From contig CAVYTU010000004.1 in the NCBI GenBank assembly GCA_963771465.1, forward strand, positions 1-64,000: DNA of 64,000 nucleotides, read 5' to 3'. Every line of letters starts with the position of its first letter. Positions within the stretch are counted from its first letter, which is position 1. Shown here one piece after another: positions 50,497 through 61,051 of the stretch. A program made the translations under genes and the position numbers. The notes beneath the pieces are model-generated. The model made no database searches. It saw nothing but the letters and a program-made list of their open reading frames with translations, and was not told the DNA's origin. This DNA is from an uncultured delta proteobacterium. GTDB lineage: Bacteria; Desulfobacterota; Binatia; UBA9968.

Positions 50497-51003
50497 TTAT
50501 TTTTTTGCCCGGCTATTATAGGTTTCGATCACCCTGCTGGTGATATCCGTGCCTGGGTCGCTAAAAAGAATTTGCGATTTTTCAAATATGAGCGTGAACT
50601 TTTCAGCTTTGCCAACTTCGCTAACGATCTGTTCGAGGTCCTTAAGAATGTCGCCCATCATCTCGCGTTCCTTTTGCTGCAAGTCGGTCTGATAATCGCC
50701 CATGGTTCTTTGTAAACTGACTGAACGTTTCTGTAGATCCGATTCCATGTTGCGCCGCTCTTCGTCTTTCAACAGCGGGCCCTTTTTTTCGATATCGGCC
50801 TTGAGGCGATCGAGATCAAGCCGTTCTTTTTGGATATCCGCCTCGGCCTTTTTTATCTGCGCCTGGAATCTTTCCTTAGCCCGTTTGCCGGCCGCCGAAT
50901 CGGCAATGACCCTCTGGATATCGACAAATCCAACCTTGAGCGTCTGAGCTGACGCGACCGAAGGGAGCAAGGCTAGCGCCATTGCAAGCAGCCAATATTT
51001 CAC
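50497..51003 (-). CDS. skp: OmpH/Skp periplasmic chaperone
   Basis: Signal peptide, KVGFVD, coiled coil, DIT; position between bamA and lpxD. Confidence 0.92.
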   Translation of the reverse strand: MKYWLLAMALALLPSVASAQTLKVGFVDIQRVIADSAAGKRAKERFQAQIKKAEADIQKERLDLDRLKADIEKKGPLLKDEERRNMESDLQKRSVSLQRTMGDYQTDLQQKEREMMGDILKDLEQIVSEVGKAEKFTLIFEKSQILFSDPGTDITSRVIETYNSRAKK

Positions 51004-51044
51004 TAAGACCTCCAACTGGTTGATGATTGATGAAAGATGAAGCT

Positions 51045-53450
51045 TTACGGCTGTGCGCCAATCGAGAAGCCAAGCACTGAGGTATCGTCGCCGGATTGTT
51101 TACTGATCGGAAACCCGAGTTCGACTCGGAGCGGGCCGAATGGCGACATCCAACGTACGCCGGCACCCACCGAGCGGCGCAGTTCTGAAAAGTTAAACGT
51201 GTTAAACGAATTTCCGGTATCGAAAAATGCCACGCCGCGCAGTCCATACTGTTCATAGATAGGAAACAATAACTCGGTATTGAACACTATCGCCTTATCC
51301 CCACCGACCACTTCGGTTCCGGTACAGACGTTTCCCGAACAATCCGTGGGCTCCCGTGGTCCGATGGTACGATCTGTGAAACCGCGAATGGAGTTAATAC
51401 CGCCAAGGAAATAGCGTTCGAACAGAGGCAGATCTTTCTTGCCGTTGTTGCGTTCAGCTAATCCCACTCCATAACCTACGGAACCTCCCAACGACAACAC
51501 GTAGGCGCCGCCCCAGTTAGGATCCTTGAGCAATGGGTAATACCAACGTCCGCTGACGTCGGACTTGATAAACCGTACGTCACCGCCCAACCCTGCCGTC
51601 TTAAAGGATAACCCGGACTTGAAGCCCTCGGTCGGGTTAAAGAAATGATCGCGGCTATCGTAGCTGAGCCGCGGCGTCACAGCGCTCGTCAACGATTTAC
51701 CTTTTTCCGATTGAATCGACGCCGGCGCATTAGCTGATACATTTTTGATATTTTCATTTGTCAAATCGTAGGACAAACCGCCGCGCATGTAATCCCAAAT
51801 CGTCGGTTGATCGTTGCTCGCCAGAAAGTCCGAGCCTCGCTCTGCCTCCGGTTTACTTCCTCCGAAGAAGGGCATGCGAAAATCTTTAAGCGGGTAGCTC
51901 GAATTAATACCGAAACCGATCTTATCCTCATCGAAATCCGAGTATTCCCGAGTCGTGTTAAACACATCCAAGCCTAGCGAAGTCTTTGAATCCAAAAAGT
52001 ATGGATCGGTGACACTCAATACATAGTCCTGGCGCTTCGTGCCGATGCTAAAATTGCCGCTCACGCCCTGTCCCCGGCCCGAAAAGTTTTTCTCCGAGAC
52101 ACTGGCAGTGAAGACAAAACCATCACCGCTGCTGTAACCGCCGCCAACTTGAAAAGTTCCGGTCGGTCCTTCCTTTACGTCAACCAGCACATCGAGAGCG
52201 TCGGCTTGATCGGTTTTCTTGGTCGTGATCTGGGCATCTTCAAAATAACCGGTTCGTTGCACGGCATTTTTACTTTCGGTGATTTTGTTACTGGAAAAAA
52301 GCTCTTGTTCGTGGGCGATTAATTCACGGCGCACGACTTTGTCTCGGGTTTTGGTATTGCCGGTGACGAGCACTCGATTGAAGTAAACCGGCGGCCCCTT
52401 GGTTATCACCAGCGCCACGTCGACATTTTTGTCGCCGGGATTGATCTTGGTCACCGGGTCGACCTGAACGAAAGCAAAGCCCTTGTTGGAATACATGTCG
52501 GACACCGAGGTGATATCTTCGCGCAAGCGGCTGCCGCGAAAAATTTGCCCGGTGGTGAGCTTGATCGATTTCAACATCTTTTGACCGTCGTCGATTAATT
52601 CGCCGCCAATCTCGACTTTGCCGACCCGATACTGCGGCCCTTCTTTAATGCGAAAGATAACTTCCAACCCGTCACGGCCGCGAACCAGCACGGGATCATC
52701 TACCTTGTGGTCGACGTACCCATGATCATTGTAGTGATTGGAGAGGATCGCGATATCGTTGGTGAGCATGTCGCGATCGAGCACACCACGATTGGTTAGG
52801 AATGAGAATATCCACTCCTCTTTGGTGCCAATCAAGCCTCTCAATTCACCCGAGGAAAATGCCTTATTCCCATCAAAAGATACCCGCTTGATCAAAAGCC
52901 GATTGCCTTCGACGATATCGAGAGTGACCACCGCTTGATTATTAGCTTCGACGGAAACCGCGAAATCCACCGAGGCGTTCACATAACCTTGGTCATTGAA
53001 AAGCTTGCGTACCTTTTCGACGCCTTCGGAAATTTTCGTCCGGTCCAATATCGTTCGCGGGCTCACACCGAGGGCGGTTTCAATCTTTTCTTTGCCGACC
53101 TGCGCGGCGCCTTGAATCTTTACTTCCCGGATATAGGGTTTCTCCTTGACCGCGTAGGTAAGCACACCGTCGGGCGACAGTTCCGCCTGGACGTCGTCAA
53201 AAAAACCCATGCGAAAAATCGCCTTTACATCTTGTTCGACCACGGCGGCATCGAATGCATCTCCCGGCCGGCTCTTAAGGTGAAGCCGGATGCCATCGTC
53301 TTCGACTCGAAGATTGCCGCTTATCTTGATTTCTTTAAGCCGGGATTTCTCTTGACTCTGAGCCCCACTCGGCATACCGACACTAGCCAAAAAGAGCAGT
53401 GACATCAGCAGGAGTATAAATTTAGATCGAATAGGTTTGCAGGGTTCCAT
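51045..53450 (-). CDS. bamA: Outer membrane protein assembly factor BamA
   Basis: POTRA-like repeats, GNTKTRDKVVRRE, IRGF, SPFGP. Confidence 0.97.
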   Translation of the reverse strand: MEPCKPIRSKFILLLMSLLFLASVGMPSGAQSQEKSRLKEIKISGNLRVEDDGIRLHLKSRPGDAFDAAVVEQDVKAIFRMGFFDDVQAELSPDGVLTYAVKEKPYIREVKIQGAAQVGKEKIETALGVSPRTILDRTKISEGVEKVRKLFNDQGYVNASVDFAVSVEANNQAVVTLDIVEGNRLLIKRVSFDGNKAFSSGELRGLIGTKEEWIFSFLTNRGVLDRDMLTNDIAILSNHYNDHGYVDHKVDDPVLVRGRDGLEVIFRIKEGPQYRVGKVEIGGELIDDGQKMLKSIKLTTGQIFRGSRLREDITSVSDMYSNKGFAFVQVDPVTKINPGDKNVDVALVITKGPPVYFNRVLVTGNTKTRDKVVRRELIAHEQELFSSNKITESKNAVQRTGYFEDAQITTKKTDQADALDVLVDVKEGPTGTFQVGGGYSSGDGFVFTASVSEKNFSGRGQGVSGNFSIGTKRQDYVLSVTDPYFLDSKTSLGLDVFNTTREYSDFDEDKIGFGINSSYPLKDFRMPFFGGSKPEAERGSDFLASNDQPTIWDYMRGGLSYDLTNENIKNVSANAPASIQSEKGKSLTSAVTPRLSYDSRDHFFNPTEGFKSGLSFKTAGLGGDVRFIKSDVSGRWYYPLLKDPNWGGAYVLSLGGSVGYGVGLAERNNGKKDLPLFERYFLGGINSIRGFTDRTIGPREPTDCSGNVCTGTEVVGGDKAIVFNTELLFPIYEQYGLRGVAFFDTGNSFNTFNFSELRRSVGAGVRWMSPFGPLRVELGFPISKQSGDDTSVLGFSIGAQP

Positions 53451-53537
53451 CGGCGCTTAAAAGAGAATTCTTCTGAGACGATCCAAGGACGTTAATTTTA
53501 TTACCAAAATTCGCGAATTTTGTAAAGCTTTTATTGG

Positions 53538-54212
53538 CTAGCCGATGAGCTCGCCGGCTTTAAGCTCAACCCGGCGACCAATCCGCTGGGCAAAATCGCG
53601 GTTATGTGTCGCCACCACTAGGGCTATCCGATGTTCTGCGTTGAGGCGAAAGAGCAACTCTTGAACCTCCTCGCCGATGCGCAAGTCTAGGGAGCCAGTG
53701 GGCTCGTCGGCAAGTACCAGCTTGGGCTTCAAAATCACCGCCCGGGCCACCGCCACCCGTTGCTGTTCGCCGCCGGAAAGCTTGCCCGGACGATGACTTA
53801 CCCGATCTTTCAAGCCGACCAATTCCAGCAACCGTTCGGCTTCGGCTTTCGCCTCCGCTTCGGCGACACCTTGAATCAGAGCGGGAAACATCACGTTCTC
53901 AAGGGCCGAAAAATCTGGCAACAGGTAATGAAACTGAAAAATAAAGCCTATCTGCCGGTTGCGGAACTGGCACAACGCCGCTTCGTCATTGAGCGGCAAT
54001 TCATGACCGTGGAAAAGTATCTGACCTCGGGTTGGACGATCGAGAGTGCCCAGGATATGTAACAGTGTGCTCTTGCCGACCCCCGATTCACCGACGACCG
54101 CCAACCGTTCACCCTCGGCCAATTCGAGATTAACCCCGCGCAAAACGTGAATTTCGCTAGCGCCTTCGATGAACGATTTGTGCACATCGCGCACCGAGAC
54201 GAGGCTACTCAT
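53538..54212 (-). CDS. lolD: Lipoprotein-releasing ABC ATPase
   Basis: [29 protein letters not shown]. Confidence 0.93.
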   Translation of the reverse strand: MSSLVSVRDVHKSFIEGASEIHVLRGVNLELAEGERLAVVGESGVGKSTLLHILGTLDRPTRGQILFHGHELPLNDEAALCQFRNRQIGFIFQFHYLLPDFSALENVMFPALIQGVAEAEAKAEAERLLELVGLKDRVSHRPGKLSGGEQQRVAVARAVILKPKLVLADEPTGSLDLRIGEEVQELLFRLNAEHRIALVVATHNRDFAQRIGRRVELKAGELIG

Positions 54213-55452
54213 AGCGGATGATTTCCACCGGATCGAGCTTGGCAGCTTGGCGCGCCGGATAGATGCTCGCGAGCAGGCAAACCATGAATGAGGCCAAGGC
54301 GACGAGAACGAAATTACCGAGATAAATTCGCACCGGCACCGTGGAGATCAGAAACACCCCGTCCGGCAGTTTAAATTGATATTGTGAGATCAAGCCGCAC
54401 ACGAGTAAGCCGAGCACCACGCCGAGAACTGTCCCGATGACGCCAATCAAAAACCCCTTGAGCAAGAAAATCTTACGAATGCTCTGCTGCGTCGCTCCCA
54501 TCGAACGCAGGATAGCAATGTCCTTTTTCTTCTCCATCACCACCATCACCAAGGTGGAAACAATATTGAAGGCACCGATCAGGACCATCAACAACAACAC
54601 CAAGAAGTAAACGGTCTTTTCCAATTGCAGCGCGGAGAATAGATTGGGCCACAGCCGGGTCCAATCCTCCGCGAAATAAGGAAACCCCAACCGGCGTTGA
54701 ATCCGATCGGCGATCTCGCGCGACTGGTCGACGTCCCGGACACGCATCTCGATGTTGGTGACGGCGTCGGATAGTTCAAAGAATTTTTGCGCCTCGTTGA
54801 GCCCCATAAAGACCAGCGTTTGGTCGATCTCGCTCATGCCGGTTTTTAAAATCCCGGCAACCATGAAGCGGCGCATTTTGGGAATCATGCCGATCGCCGT
54901 CGGGCTACCCATTGGTGAGACCACCTGCACCGGGCTGCCCGGGAACACGCCGAGCTGATTGGCCAGACGCTCGCCCAAAATAATTCCCGGCAAACTCACC
55001 GTGCGATCTTCGACTTGGAGCGGATGCTGCGCAGTGAGCCCGGCAAGAGTGCCTTGGCGCAAATAACTTTGAATATTGATGACGGCGTTCACACGGTCCG
55101 GATCGACGCCGCGCACGACAACGCCAGACACGCGCGATCCGGAAGTCATCATCACCTGCCCATAGATCGTCGGCGTCGCCGCAATGACACCGGGCTCCTT
55201 GCTCATCTCCGTGAGGAGTTTCTCGTACTCTCGCAGCGGTTCGCCCGATCGCACCAGCGCGATATGCGCGTTGATGCCGAGCAGACGGTCGCGCAAGGTT
55301 TCTTCAAAGCCGCTCATTACTGACATAACGACATTCAAAGTCATCACAGCGAGCATCACGCCGAATATCGAAATCACCGTAATCAGCGATATGAAGGTTT
55401 CCTGCCGCCGCGCGCGCAAATACCTCAGGCCGATGAAGAGTTCGTAATTCAT
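54205..55452 (-). CDS. Lipoprotein-releasing permease LolC/E
   Basis: RYLRA, SVMSGFE, IAILRSMGA, YPARQAA. Confidence 0.94.
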   Translation of the reverse strand: MNYELFIGLRYLRARRQETFISLITVISIFGVMLAVMTLNVVMSVMSGFEETLRDRLLGINAHIALVRSGEPLREYEKLLTEMSKEPGVIAATPTIYGQVMMTSGSRVSGVVVRGVDPDRVNAVINIQSYLRQGTLAGLTAQHPLQVEDRTVSLPGIILGERLANQLGVFPGSPVQVVSPMGSPTAIGMIPKMRRFMVAGILKTGMSEIDQTLVFMGLNEAQKFFELSDAVTNIEMRVRDVDQSREIADRIQRRLGFPYFAEDWTRLWPNLFSALQLEKTVYFLVLLLMVLIGAFNIVSTLVMVVMEKKKDIAILRSMGATQQSIRKIFLLKGFLIGVIGTVLGVVLGLLVCGLISQYQFKLPDGVFLISTVPVRIYLGNFVLVALASFMVCLLASIYPARQAAKLDPVEIIRYE

Positions 55453-55466
55453 AGGATGAGAAACGG

Positions 55467-56972
55467 CTAGCGATGCGGGCGCAGAAGCGGAAATAAAATC
55501 ACGTCGCGAATCGACGGCGAATTGGTCAATAACATCACCAAGCGGTCGATGCCGATGCCCTCGCCGGCGGCGGGTGGCATGCCGTATTCGAGCGCCCGGA
55601 CATAATCATCGTCGATCGGATTGGCCTCTTCGTCGCCGGCCGCGCGCGCATCCATCTGCTCCATGAAGCGCTGGCGTTGATCGGCGGCATCATTGAGTTC
55701 GGAAAACGCATTGGCCAGTTCGCGGCCGCCGATGTAAAGCTCGAAGCGGTCGACCATCGCGCCATTCTGGTCGTTCTTGCGCGCCAAGGGCGACACTTCG
55801 ATGGGATAACCGGTTATGAATGTCGGCTGGATCAGTTTTGCTTCGGCGACTTCCTCAAAAATCTGCACCAAGAGATTGCCGTAGGTCGCGTTGACATCCA
55901 CCTTCAAATTGTTGGTCTTAGCGAAGCCTTGTAGTCCAACCACTGAATCGACGTCCGCCGCCGTCGCGCCGCCGTGTTCCACAACCGCTTGGCGAATCGT
56001 CAGGCGGCGCCACGGCGGCGTCAAATCGATGCCATGCTCGCCATAGGTAAGCTGCAAGGAACCCGCGACAGCTTGCGTCAGCGAGACGAACAACTCCTCG
56101 GTAAGTTGCATCAAATCATCGAAGGTCGCGTAAGCCTGGTAAAACTCGACCATGGTAAATTCGGGATTATGCCGGATCGATATCCCTTCGTTACGAAAGT
56201 TGCGGTTGAGCTCAAAGACGCGTTCGAAACCGCCGACCAACAAACGCTTGAGAAACAGCTCGGGGGCGACCCGCAAGTACAACTCCATGTCGAGGGTATT
56301 GTGATGCGTGATGAAAGGCTTGGCCGTTGCACCGCCGGGTATGGGCTGCATCATTGGCGTCTCGACTTCGAGAAAATCGCGCTCTTCGAAAAAACGGCGC
56401 AACAGTCGAACGATGCGCGAGCGCTTCTCGAACACCTGGCGCACTTCGGGATTGACCATGAGGTCGACATAGCGCTGCCGATAGCGCACCTCCACGTCGG
56501 CGAGCCCATGCCATTTTTCCGGCAAGGGCCGCAGACACTTGGTCAGCAAGCGCAACTCTTGGGCTTCGACGGTGAGTTCCTTGGTCTTGGTGCGAAAAAG
56601 CTGGCCGCGAATGCCGACGATGTCGCCGATATCCAAGCTCTGAAACAGGCCATAGCCATCGTCGCCCAAGCGATCCCTGCGCGCGTAGATCTGCAATTTG
56701 CCGCGCCGATCCTGAATGTGAAAGAAGGATGCTTTGCCCATGCGGCGGATCGCCATGATCCGCCCGGCCACACCAACCCGCCGCGGCGTTTGGTGTAAGT
56801 CTTCGTCACTCACTTCGGCGGCCAGCGCCATCGCCTCGACGATTGTATGGGTCGGCTTATAATCGTTGGGATAAGGGTTACTTCCTGCGTCGCGAAGTTT
56901 GGCGAGCTTGGCTCGCCGCACTTCGACTTGTTCGCCGCTATCGTCGACGACGCTATTTTCACTATCGGTCAT
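55467..56972 (-). CDS. lysS: Lysine-tRNA ligase (class II)
   Basis: RYRQRYVDL, FRNEG, HNPEFT, GIGIDRL. Confidence 0.98.
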   Translation of the reverse strand: MTDSENSVVDDSGEQVEVRRAKLAKLRDAGSNPYPNDYKPTHTIVEAMALAAEVSDEDLHQTPRRVGVAGRIMAIRRMGKASFFHIQDRRGKLQIYARRDRLGDDGYGLFQSLDIGDIVGIRGQLFRTKTKELTVEAQELRLLTKCLRPLPEKWHGLADVEVRYRQRYVDLMVNPEVRQVFEKRSRIVRLLRRFFEERDFLEVETPMMQPIPGGATAKPFITHHNTLDMELYLRVAPELFLKRLLVGGFERVFELNRNFRNEGISIRHNPEFTMVEFYQAYATFDDLMQLTEELFVSLTQAVAGSLQLTYGEHGIDLTPPWRRLTIRQAVVEHGGATAADVDSVVGLQGFAKTNNLKVDVNATYGNLLVQIFEEVAEAKLIQPTFITGYPIEVSPLARKNDQNGAMVDRFELYIGGRELANAFSELNDAADQRQRFMEQMDARAAGDEEANPIDDDYVRALEYGMPPAAGEGIGIDRLVMLLTNSPSIRDVILFPLLRPHR

Positions 56973-57041
56973 AACCTCTCTCAATCGCGCCCGGACAGTC
57001 GGGCTAACATTTACCAGATTAATGCAATGAGCGGCACACAA

Positions 57042-57905
57042 CTAAAGCCCGAGATTCTGACAAATCGCTGCCAGCGAATAGGCCTTGTTGAGCGAATAGA
57101 AATGCAGCCCGCGCACGCCATTTTGGATCAAACCCTGGCATTGCCGCGTGGCGTATTCAATTCCCAGCTCCACCGCCGCAGCGTCATCAGCTTCAACCTT
57201 GATCAACTGCTGTTCCAATCCGGCGGGAATTTTGGAGCCGCAGAGCGAAGTAAAGCGGCGTACCTGTGAAGCGGAAAGGATCGGCAATATCCCCGGAATG
57301 ATCGGCACGTTGACGCCGAGCTTATGCAGATCGTCGGCGAAGCGAAAAAAATCGTCGTTATCGAAAAACAGTTGGGTGATGATCGCTGCCGCGCCGGCGT
57401 CAACTTTTTCTTTGAGAAACTTTAGATCGGACTCGCGGTTCACCGCTCTAGGATGAACTTCGGGAAATCCCGCCACGGCAATGGAAAACCCGCCGACTTT
57501 TCTCGCCTCGCGGACCAGCTCGATGGCGTGATGAAAACCATCCGGATGGGGCTGCCAATCGGTCATACCCTGGGGTGGATCACCGCCCAATGCGAGCAGA
57601 TTCTCGATGCCCTTCTCTTTGAGCTTAGTCAGGATTGCGCGCGCTTCATCTTTGGACTGCCCGATCACGGTCAAGTGACACATGACTTCGATGCCGCAGC
57701 CGCTATGGATGGTGTCGACTAAATCAATGGTTGTTTCGCGCGTGCTTCCGCCCGCCCCGTACGTAACAGAACAAAAGCTGGGCTTAACCTTCTTAATGAT
57801 TTCGATCTCGTTAAAAAGGTTTTCCTCGCCTTTTCCCGTCTTTGGAGGAAAGAACTCGACCGAAAGTGTCAACCCTGACCGGGCATAGAGGTCGGCTAAC
57901 TTCAC
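57042..57905 (-). CDS. metF: 5,10-methylenetetrahydrofolate reductase
   Basis: EFFPPK, SVTYGAGGS, HLT, ITQLFF, HFYSLN. Confidence 0.96.
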   Translation of the reverse strand: MKLADLYARSGLTLSVEFFPPKTGKGEENLFNEIEIIKKVKPSFCSVTYGAGGSTRETTIDLVDTIHSGCGIEVMCHLTVIGQSKDEARAILTKLKEKGIENLLALGGDPPQGMTDWQPHPDGFHHAIELVREARKVGGFSIAVAGFPEVHPRAVNRESDLKFLKEKVDAGAAAIITQLFFDNDDFFRFADDLHKLGVNVPIIPGILPILSASQVRRFTSLCGSKIPAGLEQQLIKVEADDAAAVELGIEYATRQCQGLIQNGVRGLHFYSLNKAYSLAAICQNLGL

Positions 57906-58005
57906 ACAAATCCTAGATGACTACCATCGGCGCGCCACTATTAGTAGCACATGGTATTGCCAGGGACAATTAGTAGTGCACAATATTCGCTGATTTTCGT
58001 TTGGG

Positions 58006-58422
58006 TTATTGATTCAACACACGTCGGCGCGCCGCGACGGGATCACAATCCGACCCACTCTCAGGTGTAATGAGCGGCCTCAAGTCATCGGTATGTTTGA
58101 GCAACGCGAGTTTAATTTCTTCGGCGACTTGGAAATGTTCGAGGGTCTCTTTGAAGATTTGCCGGCGGCGCGCAAAATGGCCGCCCATGATCGGATGATT
58201 GAGATGCGCTTTGCCGAGCGGCTTGCCGGTATATTTGACATCGGCGCCGAGAAATTCCGCGGCCAACTGATATTCCATTTCTTTGAGACGCGCCCGGTCG
58301 GCGTTACGAAAGAAAAACCCGATCATACGATCGGCGAACACCCGGTCGATGAAGCAATCGATGATTTCCCGCAAACTGGTTTCGCCGCCGAGGCGTTCGA
58401 AAAGAGTTTTTTCCTCGCTCAT
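58006..58422 (-). CDS. Group I truncated hemoglobin-like protein
   Basis: TLFERLGG, FFF, LG...YTG, proximal His in KAH. Confidence 0.85.
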   Translation of the reverse strand: MSEEKTLFERLGGETSLREIIDCFIDRVFADRMIGFFFRNADRARLKEMEYQLAAEFLGADVKYTGKPLGKAHLNHPIMGGHFARRRQIFKETLEHFQVAEEIKLALLKHTDDLRPLITPESGSDCDPVAARRRVLNQ

Positions 58423-58435
58423 GAGATCGCAGAGA

Positions 58436-58756
58436 TCAAAGCATACCTAGTTGTAAACGCGCGGCCTCCGACATCTTGTTCTGATCCCAGGGCGGCTCCC
58501 ACACCAGATCGATCTGAACATCGGTAACCCCTTCAATGGCGCGAACTTTCTGCTCCACCTCGGCCGGTATCGATTGTGCCGCCGGACAGCTCGGCGAGGT
58601 GAGCGTCATTTGAATCGTCACCGCGCCTGGCTCATCGACCTTCACTTCGTAGATCAAACCCATCTCGTAAATGTTGACGGGAATTTCCGGATCGAAACAG
58701 GTGCGCAGCGCCTCGATGACTTGCGCTTCGATAATGGTTTGATTGATGCTTTCCAT
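58436..58756 (-). CDS. DUF59 Fe-S assembly protein (short SufT-like)
   Basis: DPEIPVNIYEMGLIY, TLTSPSCP, WEPPW. Confidence 0.93.
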   Translation of the reverse strand: MESINQTIIEAQVIEALRTCFDPEIPVNIYEMGLIYEVKVDEPGAVTIQMTLTSPSCPAAQSIPAEVEQKVRAIEGVTDVQIDLVWEPPWDQNKMSEAARLQLGML

Positions 58757-58760
58757 AAGT

Positions 58761-59303
58761 CTATTCGATCCCCAATTGCTGTTTCGCGCTAATCGCGATC
58801 ATGCTTTGATTCCAGGGTGGATCCCAGACCAATTCCACGTCCGCCTCGCGTACGTCCGGCAGCGCCAACAATTTTTTACGGATGTCCTCTTTGATAAACT
58901 GGCCCATGCCACAGCCCTGTGCCGTCAAAGTAAAATGCACCACCGCTTTATGACCGCCGCTCGCCAGCACATCGACCCGACAATCATAGACCAAGCCGAG
59001 CTCGACGATGTTGACCGGAATCTCCGGATCAAAGCAAGATCGAAGTTGATGCCAAACCTGCTCTTCGACCGAGCCGCTCGCCCCTACGGGCTCAGCCTCA
59101 TCAATAGCCGCCAAACCCAGCGCATCCCCATCGCGCCCGTCGATGCGCACGCTATAGCCATGATCGGTCATCACGGTGTAGCCGCTTCCCGCCGCTTGAG
59201 TAAGCCAAACGGAGCTGCCGGCGGAAAGTGAAACCGTTTCGCCGCTCGGAATCATGATCGCGCTGCAAGCGCGTTTAAGCGTTAGCGGTTTCTCAGTGGT
59301 CAT
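58761..59303 (-). CDS. sufT: Long SufT Fe-S assembly protein
   Basis: N-terminal extension plus DPEIPVNIVELGLVY, TLTAQGCGMG, WDPPW. Confidence 0.9.
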   Translation of the reverse strand: MTTEKPLTLKRACSAIMIPSGETVSLSAGSSVWLTQAAGSGYTVMTDHGYSVRIDGRDGDALGLAAIDEAEPVGASGSVEEQVWHQLRSCFDPEIPVNIVELGLVYDCRVDVLASGGHKAVVHFTLTAQGCGMGQFIKEDIRKKLLALPDVREADVELVWDPPWNQSMIAISAKQQLGIE

Positions 59304-59336
59304 CGCGCCGTTCTCCTTTCGCACTCGGCCATCGCA

Positions 59337-59789
59337 TCACTCCGTCGTCGCCGGCTGGGATTCGCCCTTGAGCGCGGCATGGACGGTGTGCCAAGCCAGG
59401 CTAGCGCATTTCACCCGCGCGGGAAATTTACAAACACCCGAGAGAATCTGCAACTTGCCCACCTTCTCAACCACGTGCTCGTCGGTCGCATCGCCGGTGA
59501 GCATCTTATGCACGTTGTCGAACAAGGCCTCGGCCACGGCTTGGTTCTTGCCTTTGAGCTCCGCCGTCATCATCGATGCCGAGGCTTTTGAAATGGCGCA
59601 GCCCGAGCCTTGAAAGCTGATGTCTTTGATCACGCCGTTTTCTAACTGGACAAACACTTTCACATGATCGCCACAGAGTGGATTATAGCCTTCCGCCTGG
59701 CGATTAGCGTGGGTCATCTCGCGGAAATTCCGCGGGCTTTTATTATGGTCAAGAATGACTTCCTGGTAAAGTTCGTCTAGTTCCGACAT
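59337..59789 (-). CDS. sufU: SufU sulfur-transfer protein
   Basis: LYQEVILDH, NPLCGD, GCAISKAS, RVKCA. Confidence 0.95.
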   Translation of the reverse strand: MSELDELYQEVILDHNKSPRNFREMTHANRQAEGYNPLCGDHVKVFVQLENGVIKDISFQGSGCAISKASASMMTAELKGKNQAVAEALFDNVHKMLTGDATDEHVVEKVGKLQILSGVCKFPARVKCASLAWHTVHAALKGESQPATTE

Positions 59790-61051
59790 TAACCAAACAC
59801 CTTCAAGACTCGATGGATACCGCGCACCAGCACGTCAACTTCTTCGATCGTATTATAAAATGCAAAGGACGCTCTCGCCGTCGCCGGCACGCCGAAGCGT
59901 TGCATCACCGGCATCGCGCAATGATGGCCGGCGCGCACCGCCACGCCTTCCTGATCGAGGATCGTACCGACGTCGTGAGCATGCACATGGTCGAAGACAA
60001 ACGACAGCACGCCGGCTTTCTCTCTGGCCGTGCCGATGATGCGCAGACCATGGATGGCGCTGAGCGCCTCGGTCGCATAGCTTAACACTCGATGCTCATG
60101 CGCGCGCACCTGATCCCAGTCAAGATTGGTCAAATAATCGATCGCCGCGCCGAGACCGATGCCGCCGGAGATATGCGGTGTGCCGGCCTCGAACTTGTAG
60201 GGCAAAACGTTGTAATGCGTTTTCTCGAACGTCACCAGGCTAATCATGTCGCCGCCGCCTTGATATGGGGGCATTTTTTCCAAGAGCTCCGCGCGGCCGT
60301 AAAGAACGCCGACACCGGTGGGCCCAAACATCTTGTGGCCCGAGAACGCGTAGAAGTCGCAACCCAACGCCTGGACATCGACTTTGATGTGTGGCACCGC
60401 CTGCGCGCCGTCGAGCAAGACCGGAATACTGCGCTCATGCGCTAGTGTGACGATCTCCTTGACCGGAACAATCGTACCGAGCGCATTGGAAACATGGGCG
60501 ATGGAGACGATCTTGGTTTTATCGTTTAACAACCGGCGATACTCGTCCATGACGATCTCGCCGTCGTGATTGATCGGCACGACTCGGAGTTTGGCGCCCA
60601 CCTGCTCGCAGAGCATTTGCCACGGCACGATATTGGAATGATGCTCCATTGCCGAAACGATGATCTCGTCACCGGCCTTGAGAAAATTACGGCCGTAACT
60701 TTGCGCGACTAAATTGATAGCTTCAGTCGTGCCGCGCACGAAGATAATCTCTTTGTCCGCGCGCGCATTAATAAAATCGCGAATCTTGCTGCGCGCCGCT
60801 TCATACGCCGCAGTGGCCTGCTCGCTAAGATGATGCACGCCGCGGTGAATGTTGGAATTCTCCGCGCTGTAGTAATGGCTCAGCGCGTCGATGACCGCCT
60901 GCGGCTTCTGGCTGGTTGCGCCATTGTCAAAATACACCAGCGGCTTGCCGTGGATCTTCTCATTGAGAATGGGAAAATCCTGACGCACGCGCGCCACATC
61001 GAAATCCCTCGGCCGCAGCGCTTGGTCTCTTGTTTGCGGAGCCGCTTTCAT
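59789..61051 (-). CDS. sufS: Cysteine desulfurase SufS
   Basis: [26 protein letters not shown]. Confidence 0.97.
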   Translation of the reverse strand: MKAAPQTRDQALRPRDFDVARVRQDFPILNEKIHGKPLVYFDNGATSQKPQAVIDALSHYYSAENSNIHRGVHHLSEQATAAYEAARSKIRDFINARADKEIIFVRGTTEAINLVAQSYGRNFLKAGDEIIVSAMEHHSNIVPWQMLCEQVGAKLRVVPINHDGEIVMDEYRRLLNDKTKIVSIAHVSNALGTIVPVKEIVTLAHERSIPVLLDGAQAVPHIKVDVQALGCDFYAFSGHKMFGPTGVGVLYGRAELLEKMPPYQGGGDMISLVTFEKTHYNVLPYKFEAGTPHISGGIGLGAAIDYLTNLDWDQVRAHEHRVLSYATEALSAIHGLRIIGTAREKAGVLSFVFDHVHAHDVGTILDQEGVAVRAGHHCAMPVMQRFGVPATARASFAFYNTIEEVDVLVRGIHRVLKVFG

